The notes beneath the pieces are model-generated. The model ran no database searches. It saw nothing but the letters and a program-made list of their open reading frames with translations, and had not been told where the DNA came from. A stretch of DNA of 63,482 nucleotides, filler included, from Rhabdomonas costata (lineage: Eukaryota): the NCBI GenBank assembly GCA_019059605.1. It is 52 parts of 52 records of this genome, joined end to end, with 100 filler letters (N's around TTAATTAATTAA, not from the genome) between each part and the next. Parts side by side here need not be neighbours in the genome. Positions count along the whole stretch, not along the records: positions 12,233 to 13,355 come from JAHMHO010027444.1; positions 13,456 to 14,576 come from JAHMHO010027445.1; positions 14,677 to 15,797 come from JAHMHO010027446.1; positions 15,898 to 17,020 come from JAHMHO010027447.1; positions 17,121 to 18,243 come from JAHMHO010027448.1; positions 18,344 to 19,466 come from JAHMHO010027449.1; positions 19,567 to 20,689 come from JAHMHO010027450.1; positions 20,790 to 21,912 come from JAHMHO010027451.1; 44 more parts are not named here. One strand, given 5' to 3'. Positions 12,750 to 26,145 of the stretch are shown one piece after another (positions within the stretch are counted from its first letter, which is position 1; each line of letters starts with the position of its first letter). The position numbers and the translations under genes are program-made.

Positions 12750-14437
12750 TATAGGATCCATTTTTCCGTTACTTTATAAGGTCTTTTTCCTTCCGGCGCT
12801 CGACATGCTTTCTGAGCCTGCACGGTGAACGTTCTATGTTTTAGCTGCTGCGTGCAACCCCAACAATCTGTTTCTGCGCTTGCAATTCTTGTGGTGGCTT
12901 CTTTTACTCAATCAGCTTTGCAACTACTATCACTTACCGATTGCGAGGCGACCTTTTGGAGTGCCTGCTCCATACGCCTTGTTTGTTTTGATCGGAATTG
13001 GCGTAAATATGTTGGCGGTGCATCTCAAGCGAGATCAGCGCAAGCAATGTCCGGATAACGTCCTTTTAATACGCCCCCCCACCCACACAGACACCACCAC
13101 AAGCACTATGCATACATACTAACAAAACCACTATTCCACCAAGGTGGCTGGGAGGAGGAGCGGTCATACCTCTCCCATACCCCACCTTTTCCGAGCTACT
13201 CCGCTCGCATATTCAGCGTTGTTCTTTGCTGCTGGCTCGGGCTGTACCACACACTGACACACACAAACCTGGACGGACTGAACTTTATGGACTGAACTTT
13301 TCGACTGCTCCGTCACCTGCCAGCATCCAGAGACCGGGATATACCCCAAAACCCCNNNNNNNNNNNNNNNNNNNNNNNNNNNNNNNNNNNNNNNNNNNNT
13401 TAATTAATTAANNNNNNNNNNNNNNNNNNNNNNNNNNNNNNNNNNNNNNNNNNNNGGTTTGTGGGCGAGGCCGGAACGCGGTGCCAGGGGGCGAGGAACT
13501 TGCAGACTCCTGCTGCACGGGGTTCCGCACGACCACTCTCGGTGGTGCTGCGCTGGAGGGGGGTGGCGGTGTGTGCTGCACGTCGCACGTCGCGGGCTGT
13601 GGGAGCCGCATGGTCTTTCCCCCCGAAAACACGTGCTGCCCTGGGAGGGGAGCCGGACTGGCGCACGCGGAACTTGTGTGCATGGCCACCCTCCTTTTTT
13701 GGTAGGCTCCCCACAGCCCACTATCACAACTTATTTGTGGCGGTGTCGGCAGAGAAAACTGCTGACGAGCTCCTGAAGCCCGTTGGATTTGAGCGGGCAG
13801 GCAGGGATGGGCGGTGCTGCGGCTAGACTGGAGGAGCGAAGCCGCAGTGAAGGCGCATACGACGGACGCTGACAGTGACAACCTGGCTGGACTGGCAGGA
13901 TCCACGTGCGCCTGCTTTACTGCGGCGGGCGGTGGGTTGGGCTGATCTCCAGACTGTTGAGGAACGCGGATCCCGGCATTGGAGGCCTTCCTGCCTCCAT
14001 CCGCCATGCTGTGCGTTATCTGCGGCTGCGCGGATACCCCTCGCACCGTTTCGTGCCTTCGGTTGCGATCTTCTTCGGTAAGGCGCTGAAGTGTTGCTAA
14101 CCGAAAGAAATGCGCGCGGTGCTGCGGCTCCCAGCGAAACAATGTGCAGCAAGGGCGGGACTATGAATAGTAAAGCCCGGGAAAGTGCGGGAAGAGGTTA
14201 CCTCCGCGTTTTGTACCATTTCTGTGAGCTGTCAGGAGACAAAAACCGCACGTGACGCTTTGTTACATTGCTGCCATGTGCAGTTTTGTGAAACTTATGT
14301 TCCCTTTTGTTCTTTTTTCTCGCCTCGAATGCACGTAAAAGTGCTATTTCACATTAGAATGGACATTTTTTGTTAAGAAAGGGTAAGAAAGGGTAAGAAA
14401 GGGCCGGCCGAGAAGGGTTGAGTGAAACGCGACATAC

Positions 14438-14542
14438 ATCGTCCTGTGGGGTTGTCAACGTTGTTGTCTGGCCGATAGCACTTTCCATGCACTCCGTGGT
14501 CACGTCCATGGTCTCAAACTGCTTCTCAAAAGTATCCATGAT
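14438..14542 (-). CDS. CHMP1: ESCRT-III subunit CHMP1/Did2 (Snf7 family), internal exon
   Basis: IMDTFEKQFETMDVTTECMESAIGQTTTLTTPQDD bounded by cag| and |gtatgt. Confidence 0.88.
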
Positions 14543-14873
14543 CTGTGCAAAACAAAAAACACCCAAACCACCCAACNNNNNNNNNNNNNNNNNNNNNNNN
14601 NNNNNNNNNNNNNNNNNNNNTTAATTAATTAANNNNNNNNNNNNNNNNNNNNNNNNNNNNNNNNNNNNNNNNNNNNTTTTGGGGTGCACGTGAATGGTGA
14701 ATGAAAGAATTGCGAATACCTAGTAAGATTCTCGTTCATAAAAGAAGAAAAACTCTTCTTTCTCGATACAACAGCATGAGCTCCCAGTTTCTTTGAATCA
14801 GGAAGGGAAAGGCACTGATTTTCCAAAAAGAAACAAAGGGAGAAAGGGACATTGCCGGGGTCACGGCGCGGAC

Positions 14874-15797
14874 CTGAGCACTGAGGAGCCCTCCATGGTG
14901 GCCTGGAAGAACAACGTGTACAGGTAAGGCAAGATCCTGTACCGCACTCGGATGGCATTGCGGATCAGCCGGGTAGTGTCCTCGCCGAAAAGCCACGGCT
15001 CCCGCCGCTTCGACTCTACCGGCAGAAGAAAGGGAAACCCAAACAGAGCGGCCCGGCCAAGAGCTGCAACCAGAATGAGGAAGGAGACAAGCTTAATGTG
15101 TCCCTCGCATCGTGCCCCACCCGACCACTACAATAGATTCATTGTAAACAAGATGCTCGGATAATTGAAAGCGTGACCCTAACGTGTTGGTTGTAGCATT
15201 GGTTTCATGCTGTGACTTGAGCCACGGGAAACATTTACTTTAAACAACGCTGGATTTCTGTGCATTACCGCGAGGGCAGCTCACTTTTTGAGGCACCATA
15301 CCAAGATGAGAGTGGCCGCGGTAGAAGGGCTGGAAAGCAGCAGCTTGATACCACCGAACCAAAAGCTCCACGTCAGGGTTCCCGAAGAAGCCTCCCACGT
15401 CAGCTGCAAGCACACAGAGTTTGAGGAAGCCCACATCACAGCGAAAAACCCTCAAAACCCACAAAAGAGCCCAGTTCCCGAAAAGTTGTCCTGCAGATCA
15501 AATCGTGCAAAACAGGGGATCGGCTTCAGTGGGCAGTGAAAAGACGAAAAGGCGAGCAGTAGTAGCAGCAGCAGCCCAGACTCCGAGAGCGGACGGGGCC
15601 TTTTTTTACAAAAAGATGGGCGGCATTGGATGCCACGAGGAAATACCCACACATACATCCTCTCTTCTGTGAAGACCGAGCACCCACTCACCCACATGCA
15701 AAGGACCTCCGACAAAAGAAACTCCACTGAGAGACAGTGAGGCCAGCATGGGAGTGGCTATGCTGAGGTGACCCCAAGCTGCCTCGTTGTCCCCCAA
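14874..15797 (-). CDS. GANAB: GH31 alpha-glucosidase (glucosidase II alpha subunit), three exons
   Basis: Exons 15797-15707 ([10 protein letters not shown]...SFVG), 15403-15302 ([33 protein letters not shown]) and 15015-14874 (KRREPWLF...[12 protein letters not shown]); all GT-AG and in phase. Confidence 0.93.
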
Positions 15798-16003
15798 NNN
15801 NNNNNNNNNNNNNNNNNNNNNNNNNNNNNNNNNNNNNNNNNTTAATTAATTAANNNNNNNNNNNNNNNNNNNNNNNNNNNNNNNNNNNNNNNNNNNNAGA
15901 TCCCAGAATGCTTCTGACATCGCTCGCCATCGCATCACCATTTCGAACGATCTCCAGTGTCTGGAAGGCACCTCTAAAACAAAGCGGTACAATACAAGCA
16001 CAC

Positions 16004-17020
16004 CGGGTCACAGATGGAGTACAGCGTCTGAGCTGCGTCGATTCCTTTAAAGGTGTAGCTGCCCGCCTCGGCAACCACTAATTCAGACTTCGTGTTGTCA
16101 TCGAGGACGTGCAGCATGGGCTCGCTGATCAGAACCTGCCCCCCAATGGCCTTGGACTCCACCCGAGCCGCGAAGTTGATCGTAGGGCCAAAGTAGTCCG
16201 CCTGTGAGAGTGCAGGGTGACCGGAAAGTCGAGTGTCCCCGAGGTGCGAGATGGCGGGGGGGGGGACAGTGTGGATATATTGTGCGCAAAGGGATGTGTT
16301 GCAATGCACTCAAGACTCGCACCAATTTGTAGCGGGCTGTGACAGGTTTGTGCCAGTGCCTTCCCGCCTTCCCAGCTTCGTCCTTCGTTCGCTAGTTCGC
16401 AGCAAGGAGAATGTATCCCCACCACGACAGCTGCTGGCGGGGGGGGGGGTGCAAGTACCCTCAAAGTCTCAGCGTCCACCTCCACCTTCGCCGTCCCGAC
16501 GTGAATACCGATCCGCACACGAAGTCCGCACCACAGAATCGTGCCCAGGGGGTCGGCCTCCTTCATCCCATCGGGCAGGACCAGCAGGGATTCCGGCCAG
16601 TCAGCCTGGAGCATCTCTAGCTGCACGTGCACCGCAAACTTCACCGCGCTGACAGGGTCCGAGAAGGCCACGAAGAAGCTGTCGCCGATCGTCTTCACCT
16701 CATACCCGCCTGATCCAACACAGCAGAAAACTCACTCAAAGGTGTGCGAAAGAAAAAACAACAGAAAGAAAAGCAAGTTCTGGTCTGCAGCAACCAAGTT
16801 CCCAAAAACTTGCTCATATATACACGACAGTCATTGGAAGGGCACCCATTTCATCGGAGGACATTTAAAGTTCTGAAATATGCCCGCCACCCAGACAAAC
16901 CAAAATGGAGTGGCAACATGAAACAACGGCTCCATACTGTAGAATTCGATCAGGGTCCGCATCACTTCGTTGTGAATCTCCAGCGCCTCGCTCATCTCGG
17001 GGTAGGTCTCCCATAGATGA
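16004..17020 (-). CDS. Class III adenylate cyclase of the trypanosomatid/fungal receptor type, three exons
   Basis: Exons 17020-16938 (LWETYPEMSEALEIHNEVMR), 16709-16459 (GYEVKTIGDSFFVAF...GLRVRIGIHVG) and 16201-16004 (DYFGPTINFAARVES...FKG); Lys and Asp ATP-specifying residues are present. Confidence 0.95.
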
Positions 17021-17819
17021 NNNNNNNNNNNNNNNNNNNNNNNNNNNNNNNNNNNNNNNNNNNNTTAATTAATTAANNNNNNNNNNNNNNNNNNNNNNNN
17101 NNNNNNNNNNNNNNNNNNNNTCATTAAAGCCGTCTTCTGAAACACATGAGGTTTTTTGGGAAACTGGAGCCATCAAAGCGGAGCAAGCCGGAAACATCAA
17201 AGCGCCGCACAAAAACCAGAGGAGATAAAAGGTCGGAATTATACAGTGTGTGGTTCATTAAAACACCATGTGGTACACAGACACTCACGAAAACATGGAA
17301 TAAAAGGTTCGGACATTTGCACTGTTTTAACGCAATCCACAAAACAAAGCACTTACCCCCGGGAGACGAGGTCGCCATCATGTCCAGCACCACGAGGCCA
17401 CCACATATATCTCTTGACAGCAAACTCCCACACACATGACTAAAAAAAAACTAAACAGGCATACAGGAAAGCAACCTTCGCAAAAGTAGGAGCGGATGAC
17501 AAGGCAAGGAGTAAGTGAAAAGGATACTATGAAGATGTTGGACAGTACTTTTGCGCGGACGGAGGACAAATCCAATGCAGATTACGCAATGTACTGTTGT
17601 CGTGATTCCCCCATGAATGACAAGGATGAATTATGAGAGTTTTCCCCATAAGTGGGGTTACATGGAGTGGTAGGAAGATTCCCCCCCCCCCAGCGACAAC
17701 ACAGAAAAATTAAGCAATTTCAACAGTCTACTAAACAGTCCACAGTCCAGATGCTCATTGTCTCGCATGCCAAGTTAACACCCCTGCTCAGCTTTCCTGC
17801 GCCACGAAGCCCTTTGCTA

Positions 17820-18243
17820 AGTCCAGTTTTGGATATGGGAGACAGGGAGCTTAAAGAAGAAAGGCAGAAAGCGTGGATCCGCAAGGTGGATGAAAAGTCC
17901 CTGGCATACTGCCTGGGCGCTCGCACGGAGATCCCCATAATCCTGCTGTGAGCCGCAGGGCACCAGTCACCACACAACAGGACAGGAAGAATATGTCCCC
18001 GAAGTTAAGGGCAAGTACCTAAAAAGTCAGGGCTTTCCCATTGGCTTGTGCGGCACGTTTCTGTGCCATCGTGCTCGGACGCTGGACGATGTTGTTGCTT
18101 GCTCTTCGAAATAGAGGAGAGACGGAGGTGATTTCGAGGTATCACGATTCCCCAGCCGCGGGTCATTGGGGAGTGACCAGGACAGCAGGGATGCTGAAGA
18201 GGATGTTTACCTTCAGGAACATGAAGCGGAAAGTGAGGGCGTA
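17820..18243 (+). mobile_element. Degenerate Ty3/gypsy pol fragment (RNase H end to integrase HHCC zinc finger)
   Basis: EVISRYHDSPAAGHWGVTRTAGMLKRMFTFRNMKRKVRA matches integrase H-x5-GH-x-G-x2-RT; upstream ERQKAWI resembles the R-Q-x-R-W RNase H motif; frame is broken. Confidence 0.75.
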
Positions 18244-20166
18244 NNNNNNNNNNNNNNNNNNNNNNNNNNNNNNNNNNNNNNNNNNNNTTAATTAATTAAN
18301 NNNNNNNNNNNNNNNNNNNNNNNNNNNNNNNNNNNNNNNNNNNAAATTCACTGATGGCGTGGCGATCCTCCATGTGAGAAAGGAGAACAAACCAGAAAAG
18401 AAGAAAGAGCTTCACATACGAGTGGAAGGCAGCGGAGGGGTCCAGACCGAGCTCTGAGAAGAGAAATGCACAAACGCTGGGAAAATCGCAAGTACACCTC
18501 AAAAGAGAATGGAATTGCATCGGAATGAGGCGCTGACCGACTCCTTCCTGCCAGTGAAACACCACCACAAATGCATATGCCTACCGCAGGGGGGAGTGGA
18601 TCCCACACATTCGTATTTGTGCAAAATTTGGTCAGTACAAACTCGCGATTCGTGAAATTTCGAAAAGGGTGATAAGAAGGTGAGGTCACTAAGTTCAAAT
18701 CCTTATCGCCCTTTCGGCCGCCCATTTGGGGTCACGTTTCTTCAACTGAGGACATTCTCAATGGCAACATTGCAAAAAGACCAAAAGAACCAACAAAACT
18801 TCACTACCCCGTCGGCTAAAACGCTCTCACGCGCCAGTTGTGAAAGAAAAACGTGCTGCTGAGTGAATGAGCATACTGACCGGTTGAAACTAACCAGCCG
18901 TTTTGACCCATCCGTAACCACTTGCCTTTCACCATGCCAAAGTCTCATTCTTCGAAAAAGAGAAAGGAGAGAGAAAAAAAGGGATGCAGGTAGAACACCG
19001 AAAAGGCACCTGGGGTGTGTGAGCAGGAGCGGAGATGCCATTGAGCCTCACCACTTCTGAGAAAAGGTTGCGAGATAGCGTGCCCCCTCCCCCTCCCATC
19101 CGACAGGCACGAACCGGTAAGGCCTTGGAACCCAATGGGAGTCGCACCCTAACCACTGCACCCCGCAACATCCTAAAGGCCAAAAAGGAATCAAGGCAGT
19201 TTCGTTGCGCGTACTTACATCACTCCACTGTCGGCAATGCAAGACCTCCCGGCATCGAGGTAACAACCCTGCCCAGAACTAGAGTCACCAAAGCATCTTT
19301 TCATGTACGTGCTACGTGCATGTGTACAATTGTAACAGAAAAGGCCGACCCTGCTGTGACGGGTGAGTTCAAAGTCAATGCGTTTGTGGAAATTACCACA
19401 CGCTGGATCAATACATCAACTCTTTACGATGCAATGGGTGTCTTCAAGCAAAAGCAAAAACCAACANNNNNNNNNNNNNNNNNNNNNNNNNNNNNNNNNN
19501 NNNNNNNNNNTTAATTAATTAANNNNNNNNNNNNNNNNNNNNNNNNNNNNNNNNNNNNNNNNNNNNCCGGGCAACGCACAGTGAATGGCAGAGGTTGGAG
19601 CGGGAATATTTCACCCGGAATCCTAACCGGAGACCAGTTTGGCACCCGGATCGCAGGGATCCGGCACCGGCTTCCACTTGACATGACGGAGTTTGCGGTT
19701 GCTTCGCGACACGGGAACTCTTTTGTGATGATAGGCATTCGGGCACTGAACATTTGCGGCGCAGGTGGCAGGTGGCTTGGAGAGGGTGCCACTTTTGATT
19801 GGGGTGTCTCCCGCAGCCTTTGGAAGAATGATGGGAAAGGGAAGAAACATCTCTCAGTTGGTTGTTTTCATTATTTTGGGAGCTCTGTCTGTGCAAGGTG
19901 GAGTGAGCTCGCAAATAACTCCAAGTAAAACAGATTCTTCTGTGTTGGAAAACGAAAACTGGTGAATTATATGTAAGCTGAAACATTGAAGCCACAAAAT
20001 TATGCTTTGCGCAAAGATTGATTAAACAAATAGCCTGAGTAACGTGTAAGGACAGAAACCAATGTGGAAGAATTCTTTTTAAAAAAATTTCCTGTTCTGT
20101 TCTTTTGCCAAAATTGCAAAAGCATCGATAGAGGTAAAGACTTAAGCGGAATCCAAATTACATGTA

Positions 20167-20689
20167 TGTTGGTGCAGCTTTGTTGGACCCTTAATCTTTT
20201 GGTGAACTCATCACGCTTCCCTCATCTACTGTGATGTCGCTAGGGCCCAGAAAATCGCACTTAAATGCATAAATAGGTAGAAACCATCACACCGCGAAAT
20301 GCAAACCGATGCGGCTCAAAAATGGATATTTCTGTTCAATAGAGCCTCTACATCTGCATCCAAAGTCGTCCCTGTTGAAACATGCACAAGTCATGCATAT
20401 CCACCAAGTGAAAAAATTACCCTTGCAAAGTGCACAAAGTAAGTGTGGAGGGAGGGGAGAGTACGAATCTGACCACGATGAAACTGTGGGATAGCCGAGA
20501 TTGCTGCTATATTGGCAGATTGGTCCCTGCCGTTCCTGCGTCCTGGACAATTGTCTCCCCGTTGCGTCACTCCGTCATATTGTTGGTGCAGCTTTGTTGG
20601 ACCCTTAATCTTTTGGTGAACTCATCACGCTTCCCTCATCTACTGTGATGTCGCTAGGGCCCAGAAAATCGCACTTAAATGCATAAATA
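20167..20689 (+). repeat. 109-bp exact direct repeat (20167-20275 and 20581-20689)
   Basis: Two identical copies 414 bp apart; the second runs to the contig end. Confidence 0.9.
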
Positions 20690-21484
20690 NNNNNNNNNNN
20701 NNNNNNNNNNNNNNNNNNNNNNNNNNNNNNNNNTTAATTAATTAANNNNNNNNNNNNNNNNNNNNNNNNNNNNNNNNNNNNNNNNNNNNGTGGTGGGTGG
20801 AAACGACCGGGCTTCATTTCATTTTCATTTTTCATTTCAGACCGAAGAAGGAAATCAGACAGAATACTTGAGACACCCAAGCGACGGGAGCTTCAGACAA
20901 GAAGTGTTCGCTATGGCGGAGAACTCTGGGCCGAAATCCCTTTCGGATGAGCGCCGAAAAAACCGGAAAAGCACTCAAACGGCAGATTGCAAGGAACAAT
21001 TCCAGCCCCACCTCATTTACGTGCCCAACCAACAAAACGAGTTCCCAACACTCCAACCAAAGCTAAAGGAAAAGGACTCACTGACGCTGAACGTGGGCAA
21101 TCATTCCTCTCACCCGTACCACGTGTTCCACGTGAGAGGAGGAGTTCCTCAAGGCTTCTTGGGGAAAGAAAGGTGAAAGTTCCGCAAGGTTCTGGGAGCC
21201 GATCCCCATTTTTCTTTATTGTTCAACTTTTCTTTCTACGCCCGGCACCGGTGGGGAACACAGCGACATGGTGTGACTTCACTATGTGATTCAAACTTCT
21301 TCAGATTGCTTCAGACTGCTTCAGATGAAAGTACAAATTTACATCACAGATATGTCTTCAGGTTCCGGCTTGCGATTGTTCCAAAAGGAGAAGATGGGTG
21401 CAGATCAAAGTACCCGAGCTCCGCAATACTTCTGTCGGACGCGGGGTAACGGGGCGCGCCAGAAACTCCCCGGAGACCATTCAC

Positions 21485-21553
21485 TTGCCGAAATGCACTC
21501 TCCGCCTCTTCCGGAGAGTGAAAGAAGATCACAGCTGTTCGAGTCTGGTCAGC
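21485..21553 (-). CDS. Possible RRM-domain exon
   Basis: cag|ADQTRTAVIFFHSPEEAESAFRQ|gtgaat resembles the RRM beta3-alpha2 segment (A-x-V-x-F...eeA..A). Confidence 0.35.
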
Positions 21554-23260
21554 CTGCGAGAAAGGACAGAATTAAGACACACTTCAGCGTGAAATACATC
21601 TTTCCGTTGTTAGGGGTGCAGTCAGGGGCCCCCTAAAGGAGCAGGAGATCACCAGCGGCCCAAATTTGATGGCCAAATTGATGACCAAAACAATACAGCA
21701 CACCATACCGCACACCAAAGCAGCTGTCCTAGCCAACCAATCCCAACAAAAACCCTATCCACTCGCATGCTGCGCACATCTGGTTTTGGTTGGTCTGAAC
21801 CGTTTGACCAACCGCGTTTTCTTGTGACTGTGACTTAAGGACGCCTTGTCTCAAGCTGCTCTTGTTCACCCCTCAGCCTTTGTTTCGGCGTTTGGACCCG
21901 ACAAAAAAAAAANNNNNNNNNNNNNNNNNNNNNNNNNNNNNNNNNNNNNNNNNNNNTTAATTAATTAANNNNNNNNNNNNNNNNNNNNNNNNNNNNNNNN
22001 NNNNNNNNNNNNTTTTGTTTGGATGGGTCGTGCGTTGTAGATTGCCGTGGTGGAACAGTCCGAGAGAGAGAGAGAGAGAGGAATGGAGACACAACTGTAC
22101 AGAGTTGGAGTTTCGGCACTAAGCCCGGAGATAGCCTCTGCCGCGGCCGGGACCCCGACTCGTGACGGGATTGTGCTGAGCTCGGTTGTGGGTGTTCTTG
22201 ATCGGGCGCATAGGTGGTGGAGTTTGGGGTGGGATTAAACATGAGGTATGGGCTGTGATCAACCATGATTCAGAAGCTGACTGAATATCTGGTTGGGGAT
22301 CGGTTGAACGGGCGACTGGTGAGATCGGCGTAGAGATCGGAGCTGAGCGGTTAGCAAATAGGGTGTAGTTCGCTCGCTGTACCGCTTGACATTCATATCG
22401 AAGAAGCTCGAGGTATCGTGGTATCGGTTGATTTTTAACAGCAGCTCGACAAGGAACCGCTTTGAATTGTTGTAGTTCAGTCTCCGATAAGCGAGTTGGT
22501 GCTCCGGGGGAGTGGTTGAGGTAGATAGTGTGGGTTGTAGTGGTGACATAGGTAATAAGATAAAAATAAAACAAACTCGTGCGTGCTCCTTCGTGCATGC
22601 GTGTTCCCCAACAAATAACACATACTTACCATACTTACTCATCTTTACAAACGCTCTTGTGCGGTTAGGCTAGTGCGATCGACTCAGGATCGGATCTTCG
22701 ACTAAGCAAATTTACTACCGCTGTTATAGCGCCACAAAATAGATTGATGGTGGTTTTGGATGGGTCTGTTGATGGTTCAGTGACATCATCGTCGTTTTCA
22801 TTGTTGGCCTTATCGAAGAAGTTGGGTATGTCTTCCGGGTTGGTTGGGTCCAAATCAGTGGTGGCTTCCCCAGGTTTTTTCTGGCTTGTTCCGATGGAAT
22901 CCGAAACCACTGGGGTGGATCATTCGGACTCCTGTGGTTCCAGGGGTACTTCTTAGCAGCTCGCTTGTGGGACGTTACCCTTTCTGCGGTGAGTGAAGCC
23001 GCACATTAAATATATGAAGAGTCTCGGGTGAGGCGCGGGTGCCGTCGATAATGGCGAGCCTGGTAGACCACTTCGGTTTTAGTCTCATTCTACCGTGGTC
23101 GTCAACGTAGCAGGGTCCGTTCCACACAAAACACANNNNNNNNNNNNNNNNNNNNNNNNNNNNNNNNNNNNNNNNNNNNTTAATTAATTAANNNNNNNNN
23201 NNNNNNNNNNNNNNNNNNNNNNNNNNNNNNNNNNNTTGTTTGTGTGCCCCCCCTCTGTTC

Positions 23261-24068
23261 TCAGATGTCATCGTCCGCGGACTTGCCTCCCGCGCTGGCC
23301 TGCAGCAGCTGCATCAGCAGGTGCAAGGGGATCGCCCCTGCGGTTTGGACGAGAGAGTGTGGGGACCGGACCTCATGTGACTCTTCGACTCTCCAACCAA
23401 GATGGTGCAGCTCTCCAAACAACCCCAACCCAACCTCCCCTTTCTGATTCTGTGCTTATCTCCTTACTCGCTACTCCATTTTTTCGTTCAATTTGCTTGA
23501 TTTCCATCAAAAAATTTCTTTTTGCCAAAAATCGGCCCGCATTGGAGCACAGCCACATCATCCTCAGACGATCCTCCCGTCCTTCGTTTTAGGCACCCTG
23601 TGCCTCTCACTGCCCAGGCATTCGATCCAAACTCATTGGTCTGTGACTGCAGAGTTGCTTCGCGGGGTAGTGAGTACGAAGAGCGCACCTTCACTGACGA
23701 ACCAAAAAACCAAAGTTGCGAGAGTTTTTGTCCCGACCCGTGAAAATGACAAATGCTCATTGAAATGTGAGGAGCACAGGAAAACAGGAGGAAAACAGGG
23801 TGCATGTGTGGTTTCGTTGGAAAGTGGTCGTGGTGGTGACGGGGGAAGGAGGGGAGGGCGTGGTTGGGGCACGAGCCTCCGCTCTGCTGCTGCACCGCCT
23901 GCAGTTTGGCAAACGTGCCGGCGTCCACCACCATCTTGTTGGTGTCCGTGTCGCCGTCGTTGCTGTCTGTGTCTGCGGTCTCCATCGACTTCGCATGGGT
24001 CTCGAACCACGCAGTGCGAGCCTCGCCGCTCTGGAGGGAACCAATCACAAGGGATGCCCCCTCCAAAT
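23261..24068 (-). CDS. Hypothetical protein, last two exons
   Basis: Exon 24068-23877 (LEGASLVIG...AVQQQSG) and exon 23337-23261 (GAIPLHLLMQLLQASAGGKSADDDI*). Confidence 0.55.
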
Positions 24069-25437
24069 CTGAATGACGGGCTGCTTATAACTTAACGTCC
24101 CCACCAAGGTTACAATCACAACCAAATACTCTTTGCCTAACCGTTGCCTGAAGGCGTAATTCTTTCCTGTCGACGGCAGGCTAATACGGCGAAGATGTTC
24201 GGAAGAGCAGGAAAACTCTTTATCTGACGCCCCCTCAGCCTGTGCGAATATAACATGACAGGCCCTAACTTGCTTGCATTAGAATTCCGCTCGGTGTGCT
24301 TCTTAATAGTACTTTTTCGACGGCCACACCTTCGAAAATCTATCGACCCCCAACACAANNNNNNNNNNNNNNNNNNNNNNNNNNNNNNNNNNNNNNNNNN
24401 NNTTAATTAATTAANNNNNNNNNNNNNNNNNNNNNNNNNNNNNNNNNNNNNNNNNNNNTTTTTGGTATTTGTGTCAGGGAGTTAGGCGAACTGTGCCAGC
24501 GCTTCCCAGAAGATTATTTTTGGTCAGTACTTTAAAATGGTGCTCCAGGCCGCTCTAGCGAGACCCAAGGACCTCCCAGTCCCAATCGGCGGTGCGGGCG
24601 TTTGCGTATTTTCAACGTCAAATGGAATGACCATTACAACTAAATGAGGTGAAGTGCTTGGGATGGACTATCTTTATGGAATTCCGGCACTGCGGCGTGA
24701 CTACTCACTTGAACCATCATAACCCCCATTACCCGCTTCGATATGGCTCTGTGACCTTGTGACCGTTGAGATGTGGGGGTGGTTTCTTAACGCCTTCCTT
24801 TTCAGTCTTTTTACCTCCACTACTTCAGGTGCCCGCGCGCTGGGAAAGTGCCTTACCATGAACGACTGCCTGCTGACCCTCAATCTGGGGTATAACCCAC
24901 CCCCCAGGCCTTCTGTCTTTCCTCCGTTACTTCGCTGATCCTTGCGGCATCCTGTGGGAAGCCGAGAGTGCTGTTGCTGCTGCTGTTCCATTTTGAGGCA
25001 CGGAGGTTCTCGAAGGCTGCAGAAGCAGTTACCCCTTAACTGTGCGTGCTCCCGTAGCGTCCAGTGGGGGGTGTGACTGAAAGTGCCGCAAAATCGCCTC
25101 TGCTCCGCTCAATTATACTCACTGGATTGTACTGGCTTCGTGAAACGCAGGTTACTTCCTAGGCGTGGTTTTGAAAGGTCTCACACGCCTACGCACGAGG
25201 TACAGAAGGGACAAGATATGACAAATCTTCGCGCAGCGGCGCAGAAAGGGACAATGATGTGCAGGAGTGGGCTTCATTTCATTCAATGGTGTGCTTGGAA
25301 GAGAGCTGCAGTTGCGGAGCTGGGGTGGGGGTTTGTGGAGTACGAGCCCAGGCAGTTTACTGTTGAAGAAGGTCCCGACCGCGGCCACCCAACGAGCTAC
25401 ATGCTCATTTAATCCGCACGTCCATACTTGCTCGCAG

Positions 25438-25535
25438 CCTGAACCGCGTCGGAGACGACGGCGGACGGTCCATTCTGGAGGGTCTGAGGGAGAACTCCAC
25501 CCTGACGGACCTTAATCTCTCCACGAATGAGCTGG
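25438..25535 (+). CDS. RNI-like leucine-rich repeat exon (DRC5/TCTE1- or NLRC3-like)
   Basis: cag| LNRVGDDGGRSILEGLRENSTLTDLNLSTNEL |gt fits the N-x-I-G-D-x-G...L-x2-N-x-T-L-x2-L-x-L-x2-N consensus. Confidence 0.8.
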
Positions 25536-25968
25536 GTCTGCCCACGACACACGCACACGGCTAGTCTTTCCAAAAAAAAAANNNNNNNNNNNNNNNNNNN
25601 NNNNNNNNNNNNNNNNNNNNNNNNNTTAATTAATTAANNNNNNNNNNNNNNNNNNNNNNNNNNNNNNNNNNNNNNNNNNNNGGGTGTTGCTAGCCTAGAA
25701 TTTTTTTTGCCGAACGGACCCAGGGGATGACGCCTTTCTTTCCCGGTTTATGAATTCCCAGGTGTCAATTGAGGTGGAAGTTGAGTTTTCGTTGTACCCA
25801 ATAGATGAAAATAAACCCTCAGCGGATCATTTTCTACGATCGGCATCGTCTATCTCCATCTGTCTCCTTTTAAAAGGCAAAAGGCAGCCCAAGAGTGCTT
25901 CAAGCAATGCCACTGCAGTTTAACCGCATTGTGAAATGTTTTTAAAGCCCATTTTGCGACAAGTGGAC

Positions 25969-26145
25969 CTTGCAGGCCACGTATATGCAGCCCAACAGGT
26001 TGGCAGGCGACTGGAGTTGGGACAAGGAAACCTTGACCCATAGTCGGTGAAGGTACGAGGCGGCAGTGTAGGCAACCGGCAAACTGCGCTGGAGCACCGA
26101 GCAGAGTTTGAAGACAGTTCGAATCTTAAACTGCAGAATCAGTGC
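25969..26145 (-). CDS. Cyclin-box exon (transcriptional cyclin, cyclin H-like)
   Basis: VAYTAASYLHRLW...LLGCIYVACK matches the cyclin N-box TA-x2-Y-x2-R...C-x-Y/F-L-A-C-K; ttcag| and |gt borders. Confidence 0.75.

Noticed and set aside
19567..19805. FG-GAP/integrin-like repeat (GDQFGTRIA)
   Set aside because: A single short motif without the D-x-N-x-DG loop.
22119..22956. Viral or transposon ORFs on the minus strand
   Set aside because: Interrupted by stops, with no hallmark motif.
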